DNA of 64,000 bases from Yuukianura sp. NJ FZ-2021. Lineage: Eukaryota. Positions 49,694 through 62,900 of this stretch are shown piece after piece; within the stretch, counting starts at the first letter, position 1; each line of letters opens with the position of its first letter. The DNA is taken from NCBI GenBank assembly GCA_046563655.1, contig JAJCTO010000011.1, forward strand, positions 248,001 to 312,000, given 5' to 3'. Position numbers and translations under genes: made by a program. The notes under the pieces were generated by a model. The model had not been told where the DNA came from. It saw only the letters and a program-made list of their open reading frames with translations, and did not search any database.

Positions 49694-51781
49694 GATTCCC
49701 GGATCTTTATGGACGGACACTTATATACCTATACACTTATGGACGGACACTTATGGACGTACCCTTATGGACGCACACTTATGGACGTACCCTTATGGAC
49801 GGACTCTTATGGACGGACACTTATGGACGGACTCTTATGGACGGACACTTATGGACACAGCCACTTATGGATACGGACACTTATGGACGGACACTTATGG
49901 ACACAGCCACTTATGGATACGGACACTTATGGACACAGTCAATTATGGACACGGACACTTATGGACACAGCCACTTATGGACACGGACACTTATGGACAC
50001 GGACACTTATGGACACAGTCACTTATGGACAGGTACCCTTATGGACACGTACTCTTATGGACACTTACTCTTATGGACGGACACTTATGGACGTACCCTT
50101 ATGGACGGACTCTTATGGACTGACACTTATGGACACAGCCAATTATGGACACGGACACTTATGGACACAGCCACTTATGGACACGGACACTTATGGACAC
50201 AGTCACTTATGGACAGGTACCCTTATGGACACTTACTCTTATGGACACGTACTCTTATGGACACTTACTGTTATGGACGGACACTTATGGACGTACCGTT
50301 ATGGACTGACACTTATGGACACGCCGCCACTTATGGACACGGACACTTATGGACACAGCCACTTATGGACACGGACACTTATGGATACAGTCACTTATGG
50401 ATACGTACTCTTATGGACAATTACTCTTATGGACACGTACTCTTATGGACACTTACTCTTATGGACGGACACTTATGGACACAGCCACTTATGGATACGG
50501 ACACTTATGGACACAGTCAATTATGGACACGGACACTTATGGACACAGCCACTTATGGACACGGACACTTATGGACACGGACACTTATGGACACAGTCAC
50601 TTATGGACAGGTACCCTTATGGACACGTACTCTTATGGACACTTACTCTTATGGACGGACACTTATGGACGTACCCTTATGGACGGACTCTTATGGACTG
50701 ACACTTATGGACACAGCCAATTATGGACACGGACACTTATGGACACAGCCACTTATGGACACGGACACTTATGGACACAGTCACTTATGGACAGGTACCC
50801 TTATGGACACTTACTCTTATGGACACGTACTCTTATGGACACTTACTCTTATGGACGGACACTTATGGACGTACCCTTATGGACGGACTCTTATGGACTG
50901 ACACTTATGGACACAGCCACTTATGGACACGGACAATTATGGACCAGCCACTTATGGACACGGACACTTATGGACACGGACATTTATGGACACAGTCACT
51001 TATGGACACGTACTCTTATGGACACTTACTCTTATGGACACGTACTCTTATGGACACTTACTCTTATGGACGGACACTTATGAACGTACCCTTATGGACG
51101 GACTCTTATGGACTGACACTTATGGACACGGACACTTATGGACGGACACTTATGCACACAGCCACTTATGGACACGGACACTTATGGACACGGACACTTA
51201 TGGACACAGTCACGTATGGACACGTACTCTTATGGACACTTACTCTTATGGACGGATACTAATGGACCACAGAAAGTGGTCACCAAATTACAATTTTTGA
51301 AGGCTATAAAAACCTTATTTTAAAAAAAATACGCCATACCTAACCTAAAAAGAAAACCTCGAGACTTAATCCGTATTGCGTTACTTTAAAAAAAACTTAA
51401 CCTAACTTAACATAAACCCTCGAGACGTAATCAGCATTGAAAAAGTTAAAAAACCTAACACCGCGCCTTCGGCGCGGGGAACTATAAACTAGGCTGTCAA
51501 TAAGGATGCGTGTCCATAAGAGTACGTGTCCATAAGTGGCTGTATCCACTAGTGTCCGTGTCCATAAGTGTCCGTGTCCATAAGTGTCTGTGTCCATAAG
51601 TGTCCGTCCATAAGGGTCCGTCCATAAGGGTACGTCCATAAGTGTCCGTCCATAAGGGTACGTCCATAAGGGTACGTCCATAAGTGTCCGTCCATAAGGG
51701 TACGCCCATAAGCGTCCGTCCATAAGGATACGTCCATAAGCGTATAGGTCCCTAAGTGGCCGTCCATAAGGATCCGGTTCC
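49694..51781. mobile_element. Foldback/Mutator-like element with minisatellite (CTTATGGAC-core) inverted arms
   Basis: 10-bp direct repeat GCTGTAACAT at 49684-49693 and 51782-51791; ends CCGGATC.TTATGGACGG in inverted orientation; left arm about 49699-51267, right arm about 51497-51777. Confidence 0.8.
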
Positions 51782-52015
51782 GCTGTAACATTATACCCAG
51801 AGAATTTACTTCCTTAAATCCGGTGTAAACATTTTCATTATAGGTACAATGGTTGCAGATTTCCCAATATTTTCAAGAGGAAACTTCTTTGCTGATACCC
51901 ATATGTTTCCACTCAGATCAGTGCACATATATGTGTTCACATGCCATCACGAAGGTGTGCACCTTGGATTCGAAGACTACACGCGCCCATTTATTAGAGC
52001 AACGTGGATCGTCAT

Positions 52016-52916
52016 TAGGGGTCGAAATTCGTCGTGGTTTTGCCCAAATCCGAATTCCGAATTTATCCGAATTTCATCTCGACAAAATCCGAATTCAGAT
52101 TCGGATTTCATTTTTTTAAGAAATTCGCCCTTACATAATAGAAATGAAAAAATAGCACTTTTATTTACAATTGAACACTAACTATACCCGTTTATGTTGA
52201 GCTTGTTTTCTAAAGTAAAAAGTATTGAAACTCAGTAGTGAACACTACGACTCTCAGTAAATGAGAGAACCTGAAAATATGAACGAAGAAAGCAGAGTTT
52301 GTCTAAAGTGTCATCGCTTAGGCGTGATCGTATTTTGTTACAAAAATATCCGGCAGACGAAAATGATCTCTCCGCTTCAACTGTTGTTGGTGGAACAATT
52401 TTTAGGAAATTGTAGCAGAGCTCCAAATGGAGTCCCCGGTTGCCACCATTTTCGAACATTGTCATTTCCTTCCTAATTATTGCCGTTAGGTAAGTCCTTT
52501 TCACCAGATTTTGTTTTGAATCGATGAGCACGCTTTGAGATGTCATCTAATGCCTGGTCGAGTTTTGATTCCAGTTCAGTACGTAAGCGTTTGTTCTTTT
52601 TTGCTAAATTCTGGGGTTCTTCAGTTACTTCAATTTCTTGCTCGACGTCTGCTTCGACTATTAGTTTTTTCGTCATTCGCTCAAGCATTTCCTGCAAGAA
52701 CTTGACGATTCTGTTCCTTGTCGGAATTTCAAAAATTGGGTCTAAATTGTCATCCTGCCGTAGCGATCCAGAGTGTAAGTATTGTAAAACGCCAGAGAGT
52801 ATTGTGCGACGTTCATGAATTCTGTTACGTGCACTGGCAAGTTCCAGGCTGATTCCAGAATCCCTTTCATTTAGTTGTTGAAGCGCAAAATTAATTGCTG
52901 AATCAGCGGTAAGCAA
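52016..52916 (-). mobile_element. 3' part of a hAT transposon with frameshifted transposase C-terminus (dimerisation domain)
   Basis: PPTTVEAERSFSSAGYFCNKIRSRLSDDTLDKLCFLRSYF in 52232..52546; upstream part in 52473..52916; TAGGGGTCG terminus at 52016 with subterminal CCGAAT repeats. Confidence 0.85.
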
Positions 52917-53295
52917 TGAGACGCCTGCTCGTCCATATAGTTAGTGGAGTGTTAGGTTAGGGGCAGGTTGAGATGATGATGTGGCTCGCGGTAGATTTGA
53001 GTTGAGGCGAGGAGCGAGCGAGGATAGGTTTTTGTATATAGTAGAGATCAGTCTGGTTTTGTGTGTTTGAGAGTGAGGAGATCAGAGGTAGTATGATTAG
53101 TGATTGAGATTGTCACACCGATTATTCATCAGTTTATTAAATATATTTTATATATTTAACCACTGATGTGGTTCTGTTGTTTTCGGTGTTTCTGGCCTTT
53201 CGGGAGTTGATGAGTCTGCGACTCAGAGTTTATTCGGAGTCTGAGAGGGCGTGGCTGCGGCCATATTCTGGAGAGTAGCGGTGCGAGACGCTACA
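52917..53295 (+). mobile_element. 5' LTR of a Gypsy-like retrotransposon (TG...CA) followed by a primer-binding site
   Basis: Starts TGAGACGC where the hAT ORF breaks off, ends GCTACA; TGGCGACCGT at 53299 is a typical PBS. No second LTR is present in the window. Confidence 0.65.
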
Positions 53296-53569
53296 CAGTG
53301 GCGACCGTTCGTGTTACAACTACCAAAGGTCAGTGAGCTCATCAAATGTCAATTGCGATTTGACCCGAAAATCGGGTAAAAATTGAAAAATTTGCATAGT
53401 CATCTGTGGTTGTTCATTGCGAAAGTGTTCAGAGTCGTTGCGACGGCTCTCATAGTCATTTAGGAGTCCACTCGTGGGCTCCAATCAATGTAGAAGGTCA
53501 CCGACGACCGAAAAGAAGATAATCAGTGAAGTGTACAGTGCATAAGGATAAACCAGACAAGTAAGAAGC

Positions 53570-53938
53570 ATGGCAGTGTATTCTAAAAGTGATGTAGAAA
53601 AAATTGTGAATGTGGCCATGCATAAAATGATGGAAAGCATGCAGGAGGTAGTTACAAAGTTAGCAGAGGGAGTCGCTGCTGCGGCTCCAATCATGAGTGT
53701 TGGAAGTGATCCCACACAGGCGCTTATTTCGGCCCTGGAAAATGTGCAATTCACTTCAGCACCAACGATGTTGTTAGTTCCAAAGTCTGCCGCTCTGAAG
53801 AAGGAGGCAGTAGTGTATATGTGTGATGTACATAAGTGCAGTGATTGTGTGGTTGAAGTGAACCAGAAGTGTCAAAGTTATGACAATGTGAAATCAAAAA
53901 TTTTCACAAGTGAAGAAATGAGGAGCGAGGAGGATTGA
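53570..53938 (+). pseudogene. Probable truncated gag N-terminus of the LTR element
   Basis: First ATG ORF downstream of the PBS; cut off near the start of the satellite; assigned by position only. Confidence 0.4.
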
Positions 53939-53979
53939 AGTAAGGCAGAAATGTGACCATTGTGACCAAGTGCCGGTTC

Positions 53980-56900
53980 GCAGCGGTTTTGTAAAGCCGC
54001 TCCGCTGAACATAAATCAAGAATGCCGGCGTGTTCCCATGATAATCCAGCTTTACATCTAGTGTCGTGTTGTCGCCTGAAAACTAGCAGACCTCTCCTTT
54101 GGCAGATATTGTTTAGGTGCAATAAACACAATTTTCTTCAGTCAATTTTTTGTTGCACCGTTGAGCAAGCGCCTACACCCACACTCACATATGCAAAATT
54201 ATGGAGCGACTTTCCTCATCGTACGGTTGCTGTTGCTTACTCTTACACAAAAGTTACACTGAAAATCCGTCAAAATCGTGCTTTAGAAAAATATCTAGTG
54301 TAGTTTGCTCTTGAAGTTGTATGGCTGTATGCCGCTATAGAAGCCTACACATCATGGTTGCAATGATTTTGCAATACATGGTGGATTTCAAAACCATTTA
54401 CACTCAACATCTCGTTTCACGCATAGGACACCCAAAATAAATTACCTATTAGAGTCTCTACTTTTCGTTTCGGCAGCGGTTTTGTAAAGCCGCTCCGCTG
54501 AACATAAATCAAGAATGCCGGCGTGTTCCCATGATAATCCAGCTTTACATCAAGTGTCGTGTTGTCGCCTGAAAACTAGTAGACCTTTCCTTTGGCAGAT
54601 ATTGTTTAGGTGCAATAAACACAATTTTCTTCAGTCAATTTTTTGTTGCACCGTTGAGCAAGCGCCTACACCCACACTCACATATGCAAAATTATGGAGC
54701 GACTTTCCTCATCGTACGGTTGCTGTTGCTTACTCTTACACAAAAGTTACACTGAAAATCCGTCAAAATCGTGCTTTAGAAAAATATCTAGTGTAGTTTG
54801 CTCTTGAAGTTGTATGGCTGTATCCCGCTATAGAAGCCTACACATCATGGTTGCAATGATTTTGCAATACATGGTGGATCTCAAAAACCATTTACACTCA
54901 ACATCTCGTTTCACGCATAGGACACCCAAAATAAATTACCTATTAGAGTCTCTACTTTTCGTTTCGGCAGCGGTTTTGTAAAGCCGCTCCGCTGAACATA
55001 AATCAAGAATGCCGGCGTGTTCCCATGATAATCCAGCTTTACATCTAGTGTCGTGTTGTCGCCTGAAAACTAGTAGACCTCTCCTTTGGCAGATATTGTT
55101 TAGGTGCAATAAACACAATTTTCTTCAGTCAATTTTTTGTTGCACCGTTGAGCAAGCGCCTACACCCACACTCACATATGCAAAATTATGGAGCGACTTT
55201 CCTCATCGTACGGTTGCTGTTGCTTACTCTTACACTGAAAATCCGTCAAAATCGTGCTTTAGAAAAATATCTAGTGTAGTTTGCTCTTGAAGTTGTATGG
55301 CTGTATGCCGCTATAGAAGCCTACACATCATGGTTGCAATGATTTTGCAATACATGGTGGATTTCAAAAACCATTTACACTCAACATCTCGTTTCACGCA
55401 TAGGACACCCAAAATAAATTACCTATTAGAGTCTCTACTTTTCGTTTCGGCAGCGGTTTTGTAAAGCCGCTCCGCTGAACATAAATCAAGAATGCCGGCG
55501 TGTTCCCATGATAATCCAGCTTTACATCAAGTGTCGTGTTGTCGCCTGAAAACTAGTAGACCTTTCCTTTGGCAGATATTGTTTAGGTGCAATAAACACA
55601 ATTTTCTTCAGTCAATTTTTTGTTGCACCGTTGAGCAAGCGCCTACACCCACACTCACATATGCAAAATTATGGAGCGACTTTCCTCATCGTACGGTTGC
55701 TGTTGCTTACTCTTACACAAAAGTTACACTGAAAATCCGTCAAAATCGTGCTTTAGAAAAATATCTAGTGTAGTTTGCTCTTGAAGTTGTATGGCTGTAT
55801 CCCGCTATAGAAGCCTACACATCATGGTTGCAATGATTTTGCAATACATGGTGGATCTCAAAAACCATTTACACTCAACATCTCGTTTCACGCATAGGAC
55901 ACCCAAAATAAATTACCTATTAGAGTCTCTACTTTTCGTTTCGGCAGCGGTTTTGTAAAGCCGCTCCGCTGAACATAAATCAAGAATGCCGGCGTGTTCC
56001 CATGATAATCCAGCTTTACATCTAGTGTCGTGTTGTCGCCTGAAAACTAGTAGACCTCTCCTTTGGCAGATATTGTTTAGGTGCAATAAACACAATTTTC
56101 TTCAGTCAATTTTTTGTTGCACCGTTGAGCAAGCGCCTACACCCACACTCACATATGCAAAATTATGGAGCGACTTTCCTCATCGTACGGTTGCTGTTGC
56201 TTACTCTTACACTGAAAATCCGTCAAAATCGTGCTTTAGAAAAATATCTAGTGTAGTTTGCTCTTGAAGTTGTATGGCTGTATGCCGCTATAGAAGCCTA
56301 CACATCATGGTTGCAATGATTTTGCAATACATGGTGGATTTCAAAAACCATTTACACTCAACATCTCGTTTCACGCATAGGACACCCAAAATAAATTACC
56401 TATTAGAGTCTCTACTTTTCGTTTCGGCAGCGGTTTTGTAAAGCCGCTCCGCTGAACATAAATCAAGAATGCCGGCGTGTTCTTATGATAATCCAGCTTT
56501 ACATCTAGTGTCGTGTTGTCGCATGAAAACTAGTAGACCTCTCCTTTGGCAGATATTGTTTAGGTGCAATAAACACAATTTTCTTCAGTCAATTTTTTGT
56601 TGCACCGTTGAGCAAGCGCCTACAACCACACTAACATATGCAAAATTATGGAGCGACTTTCCTCATCGTACGGTTGCTGTTGCTTACTCTTACACAAAAG
56701 TTACACTGAAAATCCGTCAAAATCGTGCTTTAGAAAAATATCTAGTGTAGTTTGCTCTTGAAGTTGTATGGCTGTATGCCGCTATAGAAGCCTACACATC
56801 ATGGTTGCAATGATTTTGCAATACATGGTGGATTTCAAAAACCATTTACACTCAACATCTCGTTTCACGCATAGGACACCCAAAATAAATTACCTATTAG

Positions 56901-59900
56901 AGTCTCTACTTTTCGTTTCGGCAGCGGTTTTGTAAAGCCGCTCCGCTGAACATAAATCAAGAATGCCGGCGTGTTCTTATGATAATCCAGCTTTACATCT
57001 AGTGTCGTGTTGTCGCATGAAAACTAGTAGACCTCTCCTTTGGCAGATATTGTATAGGTGCAATAAACACAATTTTCTTCAGTCAATTTTTTGTTGCACC
57101 GTTGAGCAAGCGCCTACAACCACACTCACATATGCAAAATTATGGAGCGACTTTCCTCATCGTACGGTTGCTGTTGCTTACTCTTACACAAAAGTTACAC
57201 TGAAAATCCGTCAAAATCGTGCTTTAGAAAAATATCTAGTGTAGTTTGCTCTTGAAGTTGTATGGCTGTATCCCGCTATAGAAGCCTACACATCATGGTT
57301 GCAATGATTTTGCAATACATGGTGGATCTCAAAAACCATTTACACTCAACATCTCGTTTCACGCATAGGACACCCAAAATAAATTACCTATTAGAGTCTC
57401 TACTTTTCGTTTCGGCAGCGGTTTTGTAAAGCCGCTCCGCTGAACATAAATCAAGAATGCCGGCGTGTTCTTATGATAATCCAGCTTTACATCTAGTGTC
57501 GTGTTGTCGCATGAAAACTAGTAGACCTCTCCTTTGGCAGATATTGTATAGGTGCAATAAACACAATTTTCTTCAGTCAATTTTTTGTTGCACCGTTGAG
57601 CAAGCGCCTACAACCACACTCACATATGCAAAATTATGGAGCGACTTTCCTCATCGTACGGTTGCTGTTGCTTACTCTTACACAAAAGTTACACTGAAAA
57701 TCCGTCAAAATCGTGCTTTAGAAAAATATCTAGTGTAGTTTGCTCTTGAAGTTGTATGGCTGTATCCCGCTATAGAAGCCTACACATCATGGTTGCAATG
57801 ATTTTGCAATACATGGTGGATCTCAAAAACCATTTACACTCAACATCTCGTTTCACGCATAGGACACCCAAAATAAATTACCTATTAGAGTCTCTACTTT
57901 TCGTTTCGGCAGCGGTTTTGTAAAGCCGCTCCGCTGAACATAAATCAAGAATGCCGGCGTGTTCTTATGATAATCCAGCTTTACATCTAGTGTCGTGTTG
58001 TCGCATGAAAACTAGTAGACCTCTCCTTTGGCAGATATTGTTTAGGTGCAATAAACACAATTTTCTTCAGTCAATTTTTTGTTGCACCGTTGAGCAAGCG
58101 CCTACAACCACACTCACATATGCAAAATTATGGAGCGACTTTCCTCATCGTACGGTTGCTGTTGCTTACTCTTACACAAAAGTTACACTGAAAATCCGTC
58201 AAAATCGTGCTTTAGAAAAATATCTAGTGTAGTTTGCTCTTGAAGTTGTATGGCTGTATCCCGCTATAGAAGCCTACACATCATGGTTGCAATGATTTTG
58301 CAATACATGGTGGATCTCAAAAACCATTTACACTCAACATCTCGTTTCACGCATAGGACACCCAAAATAAATTACCTATTAGAGTCTCTACTTTTCGTTT
58401 CGGCAGCGGTTTTGTAAAGCCGCTCCGCTGAACATAAATCAAGAATGCCGGCGTGTTCCCATGATAATCCAGCTTTACATCTAGTGTCGTGTTGTCGCCT
58501 GAAAACTAGTAGACCTCTCCTTTGGCAGATATTGTTTAGGTGCAATAAACACAATTTTCTTCAGTCAATTTTTTGTTGCACCGTTGAGCAAGCGCCTACA
58601 ACCACACTCACATATGCAAAATTATGGAGCGACTTTCCTCATCGTACGGTTGCTGTTGCTTACTCTTACACAAAAGTTACACTGAAAATCCGTCAAAATC
58701 GTGCTTTAGAAAAATATCTAGTGTAGTTTGCTCTTGAAGTTATATGGCTGTATCCCGCTATAGAAGCCTACACATCATGGTTGCAATGATTTTGCAATAC
58801 ATGGTGGATCTCAAAAACCATTTACACTCAACATCTCGTTTCACGCATAGGACACCCAAAATAAATTACCTATTAGAGTCTCTACTTTTCGTTTCGGCAG
58901 CGGTTTTGTAAAGCCGCTCCGCTGAACATAAATCAAGAATGCCGGCGTGTTCTTATGATAATCCAGCTTTACATCTAGTGTCGTGTTGTCGCATGAAAAC
59001 TAGTAGACCTCTCCTTTGGCAGATATTGTTTAGGTGCAATAAACACAATTTTCTTCAGTCAATTTTTTGTTGCACCGTTGAGCAAGCGCCTACAACCACA
59101 CTAACATATGCAAAATTATGGAGCGACTTTCCTCATCGTACGGTTGCTGTTGCTTACTCTTACACAAAAGTTACACTGAAAATCCGTCAAAATCGTGCTT
59201 TAGAAAAATATCTAGTGTAGTTTGCTCTTGAAGTTGTATGGCTGTATCCCGCTATAGAAGCCTACACATCATGGTTGCAATGATTTTGCAATACATGGTG
59301 GATCTCAAAAACCATTTACACTCAACATCTCGTTTCACGCATAGGACACCCAAAATAAATTACCTATTAGAGTCTCTACTTTTCGTTTCGGCAGCGGTTT
59401 TGTAAAGCCGCTCCGCTGAACATAAATCAAGAATGCCGGCGTGTTCTTATGATAATCCAGCTTTACATCTAGTGTCGTGTTGTCGCATGAAAACTAGTAG
59501 ACCTCTCCTTTGGCAGATATTGTTTAGGTGCAATAAACACAATTTTCTTCAGTCAATTTTTTGTTGCACCGTTGAGCAAGCGCCTACAACCACACTCACA
59601 TATGCAAAATTATGGAGCGACTTTCCTCATCGTACGGTTGCTGTTGCTTACTCTTACACAAAAGTTACACTGAAAATCCGTCAAAATCGTGCTTTAGAAA
59701 AATATCTAGTGTAGTTTGCTCTTGAAGTTGTATGGCTGTATCCCGCTATAGAAGCCTACACATCATGGTTGCAATGATTTTGCAATACATGGTGGATCTC
59801 AAAAACCATTTACACTCAACATCTCGTTTCACGCATAGGACACCCAAAATAAATTACCTATTAGAGTCTCTACTTTTCGTTTCGGCAGCGGTTTTGTAAA

Positions 59901-62900
59901 GCCGCTCCGCTGAACATAAATCAAGAATGCCGGCGTGTTCTCATGATAATCCAGCTTTACATCTAGTGTCGTGTTGTCGCATGAAAACTAGCAGACCTCT
60001 CCTTTGGCAGATATTGTTTAGGTGCAATAAACACAATTTTCTTCAGTCAGTTTTTTGTTGCACCGTTGAGCAAGCGCCTACAACCACAGTCACATATGCA
60101 AAATTATGGAGCGACTTTCCTCATCGTACGGTTGCTGTTGCTTACTCTTACACAAAAGTTACACTGGAAATCCGGCAAAACCGTGCTTTAGAAAAATATA
60201 TAGTGTAGTTTGCTCTTTAAGTTGTATGGCTGTATGCCGCTATAGAAGCCTACACATCATCTTTGCAATGATTTTGCAATACATGGTGGATTTCAAAAAC
60301 CATTTACACGCAACATCTCGTTTTACGCATAGGACACCCAAAATAAGTTACACTATTAGAGTCTCTACTTTTCGTTTGGCAGCGGTTTTGTAAAGCCGCT
60401 CCGCTGAACATAAATCAAGAATGCCGGCGTGTTCTCATGATAATCCAGCTATACATCTAGTGTCGTGTTGTCGCCTGAAAACTAGTAGACCTCTCCTTTG
60501 GCAGATATTGTTTAGGTGCAATAAACACAATTTTCTTCAGTCTGTTTTTTGTTGCACCGTTGAGCAAGCGCCTACAACCACAGTCACATATGCAAAATTA
60601 TGGAGCGACTTTCCTCATCGTACGGTTGCTGTTGCTTACTCTTACACAAAAGTTACACTGGAAATCCGGCAAAACCGTGCTTTAGAAAAATATATAGTGT
60701 AGTTTGCTCTTGAAGTTGTATGGCTGTATGCCGCTATAGAAGCCTACACATCATCGTTGCAATGATTTTGCAATACATGGTGGATTTCAAAAACCATTTA
60801 CACTCAACATCTCGTTTCACACATAGGACACCCAAAATAAATTACCTATTAGAGTCTCTACTTTTCGTTTCGGCAGCGGTTTTGTAAAGCCGCTCCGCTG
60901 AACATAAATCAAGAATGCCGGCGTGTTCTCATGATAATCCAGCTTTACATCTAGTGTCGTGTTGTCGCATGAAAACTAGCAGACCTCTCCTTTGGCAGAT
61001 ATTGTTTAGGTGCAATAAACACAATTTTCTTCAGTCAATTTTTTGTTGCACCGTTGACCAAGCGCCTACAACCACACTCACATATGCAAAATTATGGAGC
61101 GACTTTCCTCATCGTACGGTTGCTGTTGCTTACTCTTACACAGAAGTTACACGGAAAATCCGTGAAAACCGTGCTTTAGAAAAATATATAGTGTAGTTTG
61201 CTCCTGAAGTTGTATGGCTGTATGCCGCTATAGAAGCCTACACATCATCTTTGCAATGATTTTGCAGTACATGGTGGATTTCAAAAACCATTTACACGCA
61301 ACATCTCGTTTCACACATAGGACACCCAAAATAAATTACCTATTAGAGTCTCTACTTCTCGTTTCGGCAGCGGTTTTGTAAAGCCGCTCCGCTGAACATA
61401 AATCAAGAATGCCGGCGTGTTCTCATGATAATCCAGCTTTACATCTAGTGTCGTGTTGTCGCCTGAAAACTAGTAGACCTCTCCTTTGGCAGATATTGTT
61501 TAGGTGCAATAAACACAATTTTCTTCAGTCTGTTTTTTGTTGCACCGTTGAGCAAGCGCCTACAACCACAGTCACATATGCAAAATTATGGAGCGACTTT
61601 CCTCATCGTACGGTTGCTGTTGCTTACTCTTACACAAAAGTTACACTGGAAATCCGGCAAAACCGTGCTTTAGAAAAATATATAGTGTAGTTTGCTCTTG
61701 AAGTTGTATGGCTGTATGCCGCTATAGAAGCCTACACATCATCGTTGCAATGATTTTGCAATACATGGTGGATTTCAAAAACCATTTACACTCAACATCT
61801 CGTTTCACACATAGGACACCCAAAATAAATTACCTATTAGAGTCTCTACTTTTCGTTTCGGCAGCGGTTTTGTAAAGCCGCTCCGCTGAACATAAATCAA
61901 GAATGCCGGCGTGTTCTCATGATAATCCAGCTTTACATCTAGTGTCGTGTTGTCGCATGAAAACTAGCAGACCTCTCCTTTGGCAGATATTGTTTAGGTG
62001 CAATAAACACAATTTTCTTCAGTCAATTTTTTGTTGCACCGTTGAGCAAGCGCCTACAACCACACTCACATATGCAAAATTATGGAGCGACTTTCCTCAT
62101 CGTACGGTTGCTGTTGCTTACTCTTACACAGAAGTTACACTGAAAATCCGTGAAAACCGTGCTTTAGAAAAATATATAGTGTAGTTTGCTCCTGAAGTTG
62201 TATGGCTGTATGCCGCTATAGAAGCCTACACAACATCTTTGCAATGATTTTGCAGTACATGGTGGATTTCAAAAACCATTTACACGCAACATCTCGTTTC
62301 ACACATAGGACACCCAAAATAAATTACCTATTAGAGTCTCTACTTTTCGTTTCGGCAGCGGTTTTGTAAAGCCGCTCCGCTGAACATAAATCAAGAATGC
62401 CGGCGTGTTCTCATGATAATCCAGCTTTACATCTAGTGTCGTGTTGTCGCATGAAAACTAGCAGACCTCTCCTTTGGCAGATATTGTTTAGGTGCAATAA
62501 ACACAATTTTTTTCAGTCAATTTTTTGTTGCACCGTTGAGCAAGCGCCTACAACCACACTCACATATGCAAAATTATGGAGCGACTTTCCTCATCGTACG
62601 GTTGCTGTTGCTTAGTCTTACACAAAAGTTACACTGAAAATCCGTCAAAACCGTGGTTTAGAAAAATATCTAGTGTAGTTTGCTCTTGAAGTTGTATGGC
62701 TGTATGCCGCTATAGAAGCCTACACATCATCGTTGCAACGATTTTGCAATACATGGTGGATTTCAAAAACCATTTACACTCAACATCTGGTTTCACGCAT
62801 AGGACACCCAAAATAAATTACCTATTAGAGTCTCTACTTTTCGTTTCGGCAGCGGTTTTGTAAAGCCGCTCGGCTGAACATAAATCAAGAATGCCGGCGT

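Noticed and set aside
49692..51791. Long repetitive ORFs (MDTDTYGHGHLWT...) and a CRISPR-like repeat/spacer look
   Set aside because: All three frames are open because the unit lacks stops; linkers are only 6-8 nt and recur; eukaryotic context with no cas genes.
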